Positions 46,796 to 56,117 of a DNA stretch of 64,000 nucleotides are shown piece by piece (position 1 is the stretch's first letter; every line of letters starts with the position of its first letter). The DNA comes from a phage. A program made the position numbers and the translations under genes. The notes under the pieces were generated by a model that did no database searches, had not been told where the DNA came from, and was given only the letters and a program-made list of their open reading frames with translations. The stretch lies in the sequence record PZ026127.1; one strand, given 5' to 3'.

Positions 46796-46859
46796 TTTTA
46801 AGGGTTTACTTTCTAAGAAGGTTATGTTAAGATGGTCTTATCTTATAGAGGAGAACACT

Positions 46860-47069
46860 ATGTTAAATCGTTGGATTAAACCAAATAAAACTTTAGATGA
46901 AATTATCGCTAACCACGTATTGAAAAAGTACTTTTATACGCCTTGGTATACCGAAGTTATTGTCCATTCATTTATGATGCATGAAGACGGTTCTATCGAA
47001 TTTAATGCCGAAATCCGTCACGAGACTGATGATATTGATAAAGTTGAATTTAAACGAGGTTTCCTATGA
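46860..47069 (+). CDS. Hypothetical protein
   Basis: Start at ATG 46860 (SD GAGGAGAA). Confidence 0.4.
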   Translation: MLNRWIKPNKTLDEIIANHVLKKYFYTPWYTEVIVHSFMMHEDGSIEFNAEIRHETDDIDKVEFKRGFL

Positions 47070-47389
47070 TTCGTTGGCTTAAGAATTTTTTCAAGACCAA
47101 ACCTGGTGAAGGGGTGGTTCCTATCTCAGGTCTGAAGGAATATGTTTATGTGGGCGATGGTATGATGGAAGAAGTTATCCGTCAACCTGAAAAAGCCGGT
47201 AATGTAGGCCCGGGTGCCCTTCCTTTGAATTCTAAAAAGTTTAAAGAGCATCTAGAAGCTCGTCGCACAAGCCATATTGATACTACTCCTATTATGGTTG
47301 CGGCTGCTGTCAGTTCTTGGACTGGTGATTCTTCTTATTCGTCTTATGACTCAGGAAGCTGTGACTCATCGTCCGGCTCGTGTGATTAA
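47066..47389 (+). CDS. Hypothetical protein with Ser/Cys-rich tail
   Basis: 107 aa; C-terminal low-complexity SSYSSYDSGSCDSSSGSCD. Confidence 0.4.
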   Translation: MIRWLKNFFKTKPGEGVVPISGLKEYVYVGDGMMEEVIRQPEKAGNVGPGALPLNSKKFKEHLEARRTSHIDTTPIMVAAAVSSWTGDSSYSSYDSGSCDSSSGSCD

Positions 47390-47589
47390 TGAAACCTTTA
47401 TCATGGCTTAAAGATTGGCTGGACCGTCCTGGTGATTATCTTGATGACGGGTGGTTGGACCAAGCTAATGCAGAAATGAAACGCGAGTCCGAAGAATGGA
47501 TTCTTAAAGGTATCCGTGAAGAACGCGAAAAGAAATTAGAACGCGAAGCTCTTAGAATTATGCGTGACATCTATGGGGATAAATCATGA
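47389..47589 (+). CDS. Hypothetical protein
   Basis: 66-aa ORF. Confidence 0.35.
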   Translation: MKPLSWLKDWLDRPGDYLDDGWLDQANAEMKRESEEWILKGIREEREKKLEREALRIMRDIYGDKS

Positions 47590-47739
47590 CTACTGAAGAG
47601 GCCGAAAAACAAGCTAAAGAGGCACTGGATTTGCTTCTTAAAATTGGTAGTAAAATGATGAAAGAAAACGAGAAATACATCCAAGAAAATAAAATTCCGG
47701 ATGGTCCTTTAGTAGGTAAACTAAGAAGAGGAAATCATA

Positions 47740-48228
47740 ATGAAAGTTTATGAACTAGAATTCCATGTACGTGATTCATCTGGACAGACACGTCCTTATG
47801 ATGCTACGGTGTGTCTTATCTTTGTCGACAATGGTACGAATTCTATAACCCAGTTAGAAACACGATTAAAAGATATTAAGCTTCCAGAAAATATTATGAT
47901 GAAGGCTTACCATAACAAAAATGTTGATGTTGCTGAAGATTGTCCTTTTAGCCTGGCTGAAGCATTACATATCAAGGGTTATCGCCATCCGGACCCGTAT
48001 GGCGAAGGAACAATGGACATTTTCTATAAAGATACCGATAGAATGTCCAACGAACGTCTTAAAGGTCGTACTTATCTTATTTCCGCTACCGAAGACCTTA
48101 TTGAAGTTGAACGTCAGATTTGGAAGCACTTTGATATTGGATTGCGCTTTACCATGACTGAAGACGCTATTCGTGATGCTAAGGTACGAGCTCGTATGTA
48201 CGAGTACGGTCCTATCGGTGGTTACTAA
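47740..48228 (+). CDS. Hypothetical protein
   Basis: 162-aa ORF. Confidence 0.4.
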   Translation: MKVYELEFHVRDSSGQTRPYDATVCLIFVDNGTNSITQLETRLKDIKLPENIMMKAYHNKNVDVAEDCPFSLAEALHIKGYRHPDPYGEGTMDIFYKDTDRMSNERLKGRTYLISATEDLIEVERQIWKHFDIGLRFTMTEDAIRDAKVRARMYEYGPIGGY

Positions 48229-48416
48229 TGGACTTATTTGATATGTTTGTCATTCCGGACCCTGAGCCTGAAACAACTCAGGAGCCGCCTGTTGACCTTG
48301 TCAATGAACTTGATATGATTATACAGAAGCACGGTTTTAAGTTGCCTAAAGATGCTCTTAGCGACCTTGCTTCTTATTACTTAGACCCTCCACCCTGGGC
48401 CCCTTGGGTAAAATAA
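48228..48416 (+). CDS. Hypothetical acidic protein
   Basis: 62-aa Pro-rich ORF. Confidence 0.35.
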   Translation: MDLFDMFVIPDPEPETTQEPPVDLVNELDMIIQKHGFKLPKDALSDLASYYLDPPPWAPWVK

Positions 48417-48419
48417 AGT

Positions 48420-48470
48420 TTTACACCTCCTCCCTTCATGTTATAATGACCTCTAAATCACCGGAGGTCA
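48420..48470 (+). promoter_or_regulatory. Early promoter with downstream SD-containing hairpin
   Basis: TTTACA/TATAAT (48442-48447); hairpin GACCTC (48449-48454) / GAGGTC (48465-48470) includes the SD; ATG 48472. Confidence 0.5.
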
Positions 48471-48471
48471 T

Positions 48472-49041
48472 ATGAACATCGAACAAAAATGTCTTTATCA
48501 AGACCGAATCAATTCCAAATTCTCAAAACACGAACAGAATCTTTTAGAAAAATGTCTGGATGCTAAAAAAGACCCTAACTTCCATTACGACCTTGACAAA
48601 CTGGTTCGCAAGCATGTTACTTCAGCGGTTCCAGTAGAGTTGTATCGTGGGATTACCACCAGAGAACTTGAGCAATTAGAGCTCCTTTCAGTAGGTTGTC
48701 AATGGTCTCCTGGTCGAGTTACTTCTTTTAGTACACAATACTCTCAGGCTCGTCAATTCGCAGGGGCATGGGAATATGGAACCAAAACCATTTTAAGTCT
48801 CAGGAATGCACCGTTCATTTTCGACTACTACAATCATGCTATCGACCTTGTTCTTGCAGGGAATGTGGATGAGCTTGAAATAGATGAAACCCGTATTGAC
48901 CTCTATGATATGGTTGAAACTGAATGTGAGTTCATGGTCTCCAGCCTATCAAGATTTGAGATTGTTGAAATCGAAACCGTCAAAAGGGACCCGTACGAAA
49001 TCGAGTACAAAACAATTCATTTAAAAATGTTGGATTTTTAG
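48472..49041 (+). CDS. ModA/ModB-like ADP-ribosyltransferase paralog 1 (tentative)
   Basis: 189 aa; LYRG motif, S-x-S region, acidic C-terminal motif; tandem paralog upstream of dda as for T4 modA/modB. Confidence 0.4.
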   Translation: MNIEQKCLYQDRINSKFSKHEQNLLEKCLDAKKDPNFHYDLDKLVRKHVTSAVPVELYRGITTRELEQLELLSVGCQWSPGRVTSFSTQYSQARQFAGAWEYGTKTILSLRNAPFIFDYYNHAIDLVLAGNVDELEIDETRIDLYDMVETECEFMVSSLSRFEIVEIETVKRDPYEIEYKTIHLKMLDF

Positions 49042-49070
49042 TTTACAGGCAAGGAAGCTTGTGGTACTAT
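49041..49070 (+). promoter_or_regulatory. Sigma70-type early promoter
   Basis: GTTTAC 49041-49046, TGgTACTAT 49062-49070, CTATCAAC box. Confidence 0.5.
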
Positions 49071-49095
49071 CTTTCTATCAACTGAGGAGAATAAT

Positions 49096-49710
49096 ATGTT
49101 ATATCCAAGCCATAAATTAGCAGAATTTATCAACAATGCCAAATGCGATGATTTCCGTGAGAATACTCAGATAGAAATTGATGAGGTGTATTCTGATTTA
49201 GAACAGAGTACCCTCTGGCAGTGTATGGAAAATAAACCGGATACTATCCAGGAAACTCTGAACAAAATTATTCGTAAGAACCTGACTTCTGTAGTGCCTG
49301 ACAAGTTGTACCGTGGGATTTCTAAGAAGACTATGGCATATCTTGAATCTACTATGTGTGTAGGTGCCGTAATTGAATTCGACCGAGTAATGAGCTTCTC
49401 AAAAGATTTCAATGTAGCTCGTAACTTCGCATCTTATAACTTCTACGGCACATTTAATATCTTTTGTATTAATGATGCACCATTTGTGTACAATTATCAG
49501 GAAGAAATCTTTAAAATGTTATGTGCCGCGCCCCCTGAAGAGTTCCCAGGTGCATTTCCTGAATCTACCCGTGTAGCAAACTTACAATTAATCAATGATG
49601 AAGATGAGATGATGTTCCCTGCGGGAACTACGCTGCGCGTAGACTCTATTGAGAGAAATCCTAAATGGAATAATTACACCATTTGGAATCTTTCCGTTCT
49701 TTCTTACTGA
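49096..49710 (+). CDS. ModA/ModB-like ADP-ribosyltransferase paralog 2 (tentative)
   Basis: 204 aa; shares VP..LYRGI and downstream blocks with the preceding ORF. Confidence 0.4.
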   Translation: MLYPSHKLAEFINNAKCDDFRENTQIEIDEVYSDLEQSTLWQCMENKPDTIQETLNKIIRKNLTSVVPDKLYRGISKKTMAYLESTMCVGAVIEFDRVMSFSKDFNVARNFASYNFYGTFNIFCINDAPFVYNYQEEIFKMLCAAPPEEFPGAFPESTRVANLQLINDEDEMMFPAGTTLRVDSIERNPKWNNYTIWNLSVLSY

Positions 49711-49779
49711 ACCACCCGGTTTAATTGAAAGGCAAAGTCCTTGATTCATTATACCGTCGAAAATTTAAAGCAAAAAAGT

Positions 49780-49830
49780 GTTTACTTTACCGAGCAACAT
49801 GATACTATAGACCTATCAGCTAATCGTCCG
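49780..49830 (+). promoter_or_regulatory. Early promoter cassette (PeSL-like)
   Basis: GTTTAC 49780-49785; CATGATACTATAGACCTATCAGC. Confidence 0.5.
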
Positions 49831-49848
49831 TAAGATGAGAAAAATATT

Positions 49849-50598
49849 ATGCCTACTATTAAAACTAACGATGAATTTGAGTTAAAGGTTTACAAACGTC
49901 GCGAACACACTAAAGCCTCTGCCAAAAAACGTGGTAAGGACTTTAACCTGTCTAGTAAGTACGTTCGTAGACTTCTTGAACAAAAAGTGTGTGCATATTC
50001 AGGCGAGCGCTTTGATGAGAATTCAGATAAAGATAAGATTTCGTTTGAACGCTTTAACAACGATATAGGTTATATCGAAGGTAATGTAATCCCGGTTAAA
50101 GTTAAGTACAACGGGTTGCGAGCTGATTTGTCTTTAGATGAATTGAAACGTGCACAGACTCGTTTAGCGTCCCGTATTTCAGGTGGTTCTAAAATGCCTA
50201 ATAGTTTTAAAGTTACCCCAGATAATTATTATAAAATTCGTAAAATAGTTAAAAATATTAAAGATACCCAAAGAGGTCTTAAAAAGCGTGAAAAACGTCT
50301 TAAGGACCTTATTAAATCAGGAGCCACTGATAATACCCCTTCTGTCATCGCGGTTAAGGCCCGTATCCATGGTTCTAACGCTTCAATAGGTACTATGGAA
50401 AAGGGTCTTAAATCTTTAATTGGTGGGCCTGATTGGCGTGTCAAGTTTAAATTGTCTGAAGCAGAAACGCGTTACGATATGTATGATAAAATTATTCAAG
50501 GTCTGGAGCGTTTAGAACACCTTTCTTTTATTGACAAAATGAAGTTGAAAAAAGGTCTTCCGCTGAATGCTTCAATTTTTTCACTGATTAGAGGTTAA
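49849..50598 (+). CDS. Hypothetical basic protein (Srd-like by size and position)
   Basis: 249 aa upstream of dda; assignment positional only. Confidence 0.3.
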   Translation: MPTIKTNDEFELKVYKRREHTKASAKKRGKDFNLSSKYVRRLLEQKVCAYSGERFDENSDKDKISFERFNNDIGYIEGNVIPVKVKYNGLRADLSLDELKRAQTRLASRISGGSKMPNSFKVTPDNYYKIRKIVKNIKDTQRGLKKREKRLKDLIKSGATDNTPSVIAVKARIHGSNASIGTMEKGLKSLIGGPDWRVKFKLSEAETRYDMYDKIIQGLERLEHLSFIDKMKLKKGLPLNASIFSLIRG

Positions 50599-50599
50599 C

Positions 50600-50899
50600 G
50601 TGATGTACTATGCATACGTATTAGTTCACAAGGACAAAGACGGGTACGAAATTCCATTAGAAGAGGCCGGTGAGGTGACTTTGTATTCGACAAAGATTGG
50701 AGCCGATACCGCTCTATCCGTTTATGAAATGTCAACAAAAAGATATCTTCGGCTTGGACGCCTTGAAACGGTGTGCACACCTAGAAAATGGTGGTTTGAT
50801 AAGTGGGAAACTAAAACAGTATATCCTACCGAAGAACGAGCCCGAGAACTTAAATTAGTTTTAGACACTTTATATGTTAAGCGAGTAAAATTGGCATGA
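50600..50899 (+). CDS. Hypothetical protein
   Basis: 99-aa ORF immediately upstream of dda. Confidence 0.4.
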   Translation: MMYYAYVLVHKDKDGYEIPLEEAGEVTLYSTKIGADTALSVYEMSTKRYLRLGRLETVCTPRKWWFDKWETKTVYPTEERARELKLVLDTLYVKRVKLA

Positions 50900-52227
50900 T
50901 TACATTTGAAGACTTGAACATCGGCCAGAGGACGGCCTTTAAAGAAATCATTGAAGCTATTAAACGACGTAAGGGCGAATGGATTACATTGAACGGCCCT
51001 GCTGGTACGGGTAAAACAACCCTTACCAAATTTATTCTTGACCATCTAGTCAAGAATGGTGAACTCGGAGTTATTTTGACTGCACCTACCCATGCGGCCA
51101 AAAAGGTGTTGTCGAAACTCGCAGGTCAAGAAGCATCAACAATTCATAGAATTCTAAAAATTAACCCTACTACGTACGAAGACCAGGACATCTTTGAACA
51201 ACGCGAAGCTCCTGACTTGAGCAAATGTAATGTTCTAGTTGTTGACGAAGGCTCGATGATTGACGGTAAGCTGTTTAAGATTATTGAATCCTCCGTGCCA
51301 CCATGGTGTACTGTATTAGGGATTGGCGACAGAGCTCAGCTACAGCCAGTGGAACCTGGAAGTGATGGTAGTCCGCAGTTGTCTCCATTCTTTACACATC
51401 CAAAAATCAAGCAATTGCATTTGACCGAAGTAATGCGTAGTAATGCTCCTATCATTGAGGTTGCTACCGAAATCCGTAATGGTGGGTGGTTTAGAGATTG
51501 TATATTCGAAGGACATGGTGTCCATGGTTTTAAATCTCAAACTGCTTTAAAAGATTTTATGATGAATTATTTTTCCATTGTAAAAGACGCGGATGCCTTA
51601 TTTGAAAATAGGATGTTTGCTTATACAAATAAATCGGTTGAAAAGCTGAATAGCATTATTCGTAAAAAGCTTTATGAAACCGATGCACCTTATATCAAGG
51701 GCGAAATCCTAGTGATGCAAGAGCCTTTTATGAAGGAACTTGAATACGATGGTAAGAAATTCTCTGAAACCATTTTTAATAATGGACAAATGGTTCGTAT
51801 TCTGGATGTGAACCATACCTCGTTGTTTTTGTCTGCTAAGGATGTAGGCACTCGTCAAATGATTAATTACTGGGACCTGCAAGTAGAATCTATCGATGAA
51901 GATGATGAGTATTATGTAGAGCATTTAAAGGTTATCGATGAGGCTTCAGTTGAGAAGTTCCATTATTTCTTGGCTAAGGTTGCTACTGAATACAAAGCCA
52001 TGCGTGGAACGGGTAAGAAACCTAAGTGGGCTGATTTCTGGAAAGCCAAGCGAATGTTCAGTAAGGTTCGAGCTCTTCCTGTGAGCACTGTTCATAAATC
52101 CCAAGGACTTACAGTCCAAAACAGTTTCATCTATACTCCATGCATGCATATGGCTGATGCGAATTTAGCTTCACAGCTGGCTTATGTTAGTATTACTCGT
52201 GCTCGTACTGACGCCTACTACGTTTGA
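50896..52227 (+). CDS. dda: DNA helicase Dda (SF1)
   Basis: 443 aa; Walker A GPAGTGKTT, Walker B VVDEGSM, GDRAQLQPV; T4 position. Confidence 0.9.
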   Translation: MITFEDLNIGQRTAFKEIIEAIKRRKGEWITLNGPAGTGKTTLTKFILDHLVKNGELGVILTAPTHAAKKVLSKLAGQEASTIHRILKINPTTYEDQDIFEQREAPDLSKCNVLVVDEGSMIDGKLFKIIESSVPPWCTVLGIGDRAQLQPVEPGSDGSPQLSPFFTHPKIKQLHLTEVMRSNAPIIEVATEIRNGGWFRDCIFEGHGVHGFKSQTALKDFMMNYFSIVKDADALFENRMFAYTNKSVEKLNSIIRKKLYETDAPYIKGEILVMQEPFMKELEYDGKKFSETIFNNGQMVRILDVNHTSLFLSAKDVGTRQMINYWDLQVESIDEDDEYYVEHLKVIDEASVEKFHYFLAKVATEYKAMRGTGKKPKWADFWKAKRMFSKVRALPVSTVHKSQGLTVQNSFIYTPCMHMADANLASQLAYVSITRARTDAYYV

Positions 52228-52234
52228 GGAAAAT

Positions 52235-52474
52235 ATGATTAAAGTAACTAAAGACCAATTTTATAAGTTGAAATTCGAAACCGAACATATTATTAAAGTC
52301 AACCAAAATAATATCAGCATTAGGCAAAAGGCCCATACTGTCCTGAACTCTCTTAAAGAGATTGAAAGTGATTTTATTGCAGTACAAAATCTGATGGACG
52401 ACAATATCTCTTCGGTTTATATTGAAGACTACACCGTTGGCCAAATCCGAGACCTTATGAGGTACGTTAAATGA
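52235..52474 (+). CDS. Hypothetical protein
   Basis: Start at ATG 52235; 79 aa. Confidence 0.4.
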   Translation: MIKVTKDQFYKLKFETEHIIKVNQNNISIRQKAHTVLNSLKEIESDFIAVQNLMDDNISSVYIEDYTVGQIRDLMRYVK

Positions 52475-53145
52475 AAGATATAATTATTGACTTTGAAACC
52501 TTTGCCACTACTCAAAATGCAGCGGTTATCGACCTAGCCGTAATTGCTTACGACCCTAATCCAGAGGTTGTAGAAACGTTTGAAGAGCTTACTCAACGAG
52601 GCCTTCGTATTAAATTTGACCTCGCTTCTCAACGTGATAAACGACTGTTTTCTAAAAGCACGTTGCAGTGGTGGAAAGAGCAAGGGCCTGAAGCGCGTAA
52701 AAACCTGGCTCCATCTGAAATTGATGTGTCCACTTCTATTGGTCTCGGTAATTTCCTGGAATACTGCCGTAAAAACGAAGTAGACCAATGGAAATCCCAG
52801 ATGTGGTGTCGTGGAATGTCCTTTGACTTTCCTATCTTAGTCGACCTTATTCGTGATGCTTATCGTTCTGAAGGGGTTCCTGAGAATGAAATCGATACCA
52901 GTAAATTAGAACCGGTTAAATTCTGGAACCAACGTGACATCCGTACAGCTATTGAAGCATATTCACTAACTCGTGGATTGAGCATGTGTCCTCTGCCTAA
53001 CGGAACATTGAACGGCTTTGTTGCTCATGACTCCATCCATGACTGTGCTAAGGATATCTTGATGCTGAAATATGCCCAACGTTATGCCTTAGGCCTGGAA
53101 GATGTCCCTGAGAATCCGGACCCATTAAGTATAAAAAATCGATAA
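52471..53145 (+). CDS. dexA: Exonuclease A (DEDD 3'-5' exonuclease)
   Basis: 224 aa; N-terminal IIIDFETF (DxE) and C-terminal HDSIHD motifs; T4 position. Confidence 0.8.
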   Translation: MKDIIIDFETFATTQNAAVIDLAVIAYDPNPEVVETFEELTQRGLRIKFDLASQRDKRLFSKSTLQWWKEQGPEARKNLAPSEIDVSTSIGLGNFLEYCRKNEVDQWKSQMWCRGMSFDFPILVDLIRDAYRSEGVPENEIDTSKLEPVKFWNQRDIRTAIEAYSLTRGLSMCPLPNGTLNGFVAHDSIHDCAKDILMLKYAQRYALGLEDVPENPDPLSIKNR

Positions 53146-53149
53146 AAGT

Positions 53150-53200
53150 GTTTACTTCTCCTCATGACATGATATTATCTACCCTATCAACATGAGGAGA
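53150..53200 (+). promoter_or_regulatory. Early promoter / stem-loop cassette (PeSL-like)
   Basis: GTTTAC 53150-53155; inverted repeat TCTCCTCATG (53157-53166) / CATGAGGAGA (53191-53200); ATG 53206. Confidence 0.55.
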
Positions 53201-53205
53201 ACAAA

Positions 53206-53715
53206 ATGAAAATTTATCGAGTGGAGTCATCGTTCAGTATCTTAGATAACAGCGATGTTATAGCAATCACTCACCAACAGTGCCGCCAATTAACACCGTA
53301 TAGAGGCTCGTTTGATGAATGGAGCGAAGGTTGGTTATTAGAAGTAGGTTTCGACAAACCTAATTTTAGACACCACCATACCAATAATAAAAATATTCCA
53401 CTACCAGGTCAAGACAAGTTGTTGGTGGAAAATTCTAATAAAACCATTCGAACTAAGTGGAACCAGCCTGATTATGAAGGCTGTGATGATTATATTCCAG
53501 GTTGGTTTGTTAATCTCTACCATTTTGCTTTTGCCAGTGAGTATGATATGATGCGCTGGTTCACTCGTGAAGAGCGTGAAGAATTATCTTCTAAAGGATT
53601 CTATCTTGCCGTTTACGAAATCCCTGAAGATGAGGTTGTCATTGGTGGCCGCCAAGTAATGTTCCGCAAATCCCATGCTGAACTCGTAGATTTTATTGAA
53701 TTGAGAACAATATGA
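53206..53715 (+). CDS. Hypothetical protein
   Basis: 169-aa ORF. Confidence 0.45.
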   Translation: MKIYRVESSFSILDNSDVIAITHQQCRQLTPYRGSFDEWSEGWLLEVGFDKPNFRHHHTNNKNIPLPGQDKLLVENSNKTIRTKWNQPDYEGCDDYIPGWFVNLYHFAFASEYDMMRWFTREEREELSSKGFYLAVYEIPEDEVVIGGRQVMFRKSHAELVDFIELRTI

Positions 53716-54260
53716 AATTTAATTACAACCCTAAATACACCCCGAATCCGGCAGCTAAACTGATTGATTTTGATGTTTTAAGCACTTATGTATGCCCTGT
53801 TAAACCACTGGAAATTAAGGAACCTGCTATGAATACTCAGACTATCGAAATCGGCAAAACCTACAAACTGGTTGAACCTGAAATTAAAACTAAGGCCTTG
53901 ATTTCTGGCCATAAAACTCTGACTGAGGTTTTTGGCGAAGGCGAATTTATTGTTGAAGAATTTACCAAAAGTGACTGGTTTACTAAATCTTACGTCATCC
54001 ACGGCCGTCGATTAGATAATAACAAAATAGAGAAAATCTTGGTTTATGAAGATGAGTTCATCCTGTTCCAAGAAGTTGAAGAACAAGACCCTACCGACCT
54101 TCTGTGTGCTGCTGTGTCTATCCGTCGTCCTTTTGATAATCCTATCTGTGGTTGGGTAACAGACCAGTGGGTTGAAGACGGTGTTGAGCTGCTGAACGTT
54201 GTACATGCTGGTGATTTTAGCGTAGTACCTCGTAGTGCAGTGGTTAATGTATTGAATTAG
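53712..54260 (+). CDS. Hypothetical protein (paralog of next gene)
   Basis: 182 aa; C-terminal ICGWVTDQWVEDGVELLNVV...VVP shared with 54334-54885. Confidence 0.45.
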   Translation: MKFNYNPKYTPNPAAKLIDFDVLSTYVCPVKPLEIKEPAMNTQTIEIGKTYKLVEPEIKTKALISGHKTLTEVFGEGEFIVEEFTKSDWFTKSYVIHGRRLDNNKIEKILVYEDEFILFQEVEEQDPTDLLCAAVSIRRPFDNPICGWVTDQWVEDGVELLNVVHAGDFSVVPRSAVVNVLN

Positions 54261-54263
54261 TAG

Positions 54264-54298
54264 TTTACTTTATCGAGAGCCATGTTATAATGGCTCTC
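54264..54298 (+). promoter_or_regulatory. Early promoter with inverted repeat flanking -10
   Basis: GTTTAC 54264-54269; TATAAT 54286-54291 flanked by GAGAGCCA / TGGCTCTC. Confidence 0.5.
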
Positions 54299-54333
54299 AT
54301 GGAGAATAAACTTATTAACCAAGAGAGAAAATT

Positions 54334-54885
54334 ATGATTACTATCGGTGAAATTGTTCGTGTATCCAAAGAATCTCGCTCAAAAGCCGCGGGTCGTTTTG
54401 TTGAAGTTGCTGGTATTCGTACTAATTTAGTAGGTGGAATTAAAGAAGTTAAAGTGCGTATTATTCCTAAAAATGGCCAGACTGAAACTCAATTCGCTTA
54501 TGTGCATCCTAAATTCCTGGAATCAACTGAATTCACTGGACACATCGCTCCTGTAGTTGAAGAAGTTGAATCCCATGATGGGTATGTATGTGAAAGCAAT
54601 GATATCCGTGGCGTAGTAGCTCAAGACGTTGAAACTATTGACCAATCTCATGTTGGTGTTGATTTCAAATGGAAATTAGGTAAAGGTGTCTTTTTCGTTT
54701 CACCTAAACCGTTTGAATACAATTGCAAGTATGGTCCGACTTATGAAACCACTAGTATGTCCGGTTACATCACAGACCAATGGGTTGAAGAAGGTGTTAA
54801 GCTGTATAACATCGTGTTCCTTGGCACCTTTAAAGTAGTTCCTGAAAGTTTTATTGTTGAGTACGCTGATATTCATTTTGCATAA
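54334..54885 (+). CDS. Hypothetical protein (paralog of previous gene)
   Basis: 183 aa; C-terminal SGYITDQWVEEGVKLYNIV...VVP. Confidence 0.45.
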   Translation: MITIGEIVRVSKESRSKAAGRFVEVAGIRTNLVGGIKEVKVRIIPKNGQTETQFAYVHPKFLESTEFTGHIAPVVEEVESHDGYVCESNDIRGVVAQDVETIDQSHVGVDFKWKLGKGVFFVSPKPFEYNCKYGPTYETTSMSGYITDQWVEEGVKLYNIVFLGTFKVVPESFIVEYADIHFA

Positions 54886-54897
54886 AGTTTAAAAACA

Positions 54898-54950
54898 GTA
54901 TACAACAGGGTAGTAGTGTGATACTATTACCCTATCAACAAATGAGAGGA
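54898..54950 (+). promoter_or_regulatory. Early promoter cassette (PeSL variant)
   Basis: GTATAC; GTGATACTATTACCCTATCAAC; GGGTA/TACCC repeat. Confidence 0.45.
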
Positions 54951-54957
54951 AAATAAA

Positions 54958-55176
54958 ATGGCTAAAGTTACTGTGAACTCGACTCGTGAAGAATTTGAAG
55001 ATGTTCTGTTCAACCCTGATTTAATCGTGGTTCAAAAGGAACATTCTGATACGTTTTCTCATTTATCGTCGGTTTATGTATACGAAAACCAAGGTGATGA
55101 AAACCCTATCTATGCGGTGTTCCGTGAAATCACTGCTGAAGGCACCGACTTCTGGAAGGAAACTTATAATGCTTAA
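54958..55176 (+). CDS. Hypothetical protein
   Basis: 72-aa ORF. Confidence 0.4.
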   Translation: MAKVTVNSTREEFEDVLFNPDLIVVQKEHSDTFSHLSSVYVYENQGDENPIYAVFREITAEGTDFWKETYNA

Positions 55177-55606
55177 TCAAGAACTTGAATTTGAAAAAGG
55201 TAAATGGTACTATTTTAAAGATGATGCGGCAGAAGCTGAATTCCGTAAGCTGAATTCCCATAATATTAGGAATCCTAATAATTCTTCTATAGCAGATATC
55301 ATTGTCAATTCTGAAGGTTTTTGCCCTGTTAGATTAGCGGCAGGTTATGTGATGAACGTGGACTTGGCTTATGGTGATAACACTGATATGGTTTTATATC
55401 CAAGCGAGCGTAAATTCTTTACGGAAATGGTTGTAGTTGACAGTGAAGACGAATGGGCCGAAGATGGTTTCTCTGAAGACGAAGACACGTCTGAAGATGC
55501 AGCTCCATTCGAACCGAGTGATTTTCCTTTAACTAAAATCACTATCTCTAATAATTCTGAAGCCTGGTCAGTTTTCCAGATGTTGAAAGCTCACTTTAAG
55601 GAATAA
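55169..55606 (+). CDS. Hypothetical acidic protein
   Basis: Start at ATG 55169. Confidence 0.4.
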   Translation: MLNQELEFEKGKWYYFKDDAAEAEFRKLNSHNIRNPNNSSIADIIVNSEGFCPVRLAAGYVMNVDLAYGDNTDMVLYPSERKFFTEMVVVDSEDEWAEDGFSEDEDTSEDAAPFEPSDFPLTKITISNNSEAWSVFQMLKAHFKE

Positions 55607-55607
55607 T

Positions 55608-55784
55608 ATGCCACTTTATGATTACAAATGCCAATCTGAAGACTGTGCAAAAGAATACGAAAAAATCAAGAAAATCTCTGAAAGAGATAATGATGTTTGT
55701 CCTGATTGCCATCGGCTGGCTGTTCGGTTAGTCTCGGCTCCTAAACATGTTAATGGCGGTTTTTACGACCTGCTGACTAAGTGA
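55608..55784 (+). CDS. FmdB-like zinc-ribbon small protein
   Basis: 58 aa; MPLYDYKCQSEDC...CPDC; below track cutoff. Confidence 0.4.
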   Translation: MPLYDYKCQSEDCAKEYEKIKKISERDNDVCPDCHRLAVRLVSAPKHVNGGFYDLLTK

Positions 55785-55790
55785 GAAATT

Positions 55791-56051
55791 ATGAAATATA
55801 TTAATCGTTCTATTGCAGCTCTCGTATTAGCAGTTTCTTTGGTTGGATGTACTGATGCCGATAATGCTACCCGTGTATTGGATGCAAATGGCTACGAACA
55901 AATCCAAATCACAGGATACAACCTATTTGGCTGCTCTGAAGATGATTTCCAACGTACAGGCTTTATTGCTGTGGGTCCGACAGGTAAAAGGGTTGAAGGA
56001 ACTGTTTGTTCTGGATTATTCTTTAAAAAGTCGACCATTCGATTTGATTAA
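55791..56051 (+). CDS. Putative lipoprotein
   Basis: Signal peptide with lipobox LVGC. Confidence 0.45.
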   Translation: MKYINRSIAALVLAVSLVGCTDADNATRVLDANGYEQIQITGYNLFGCSEDDFQRTGFIAVGPTGKRVEGTVCSGLFFKKSTIRFD

Positions 56052-56068
56052 GGGCTTCGGCCCTTTTA
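56050..56068 (+). terminator. Putative terminator hairpin (UUCG tetraloop)
   Basis: AGGGC-TTCG-GCCCTTTT. Confidence 0.45.
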
Positions 56069-56117
56069 TGCTTTAAGTGAAATGGGATAATATTCTCCTA
56101 CTACATGAGGAAATAAC

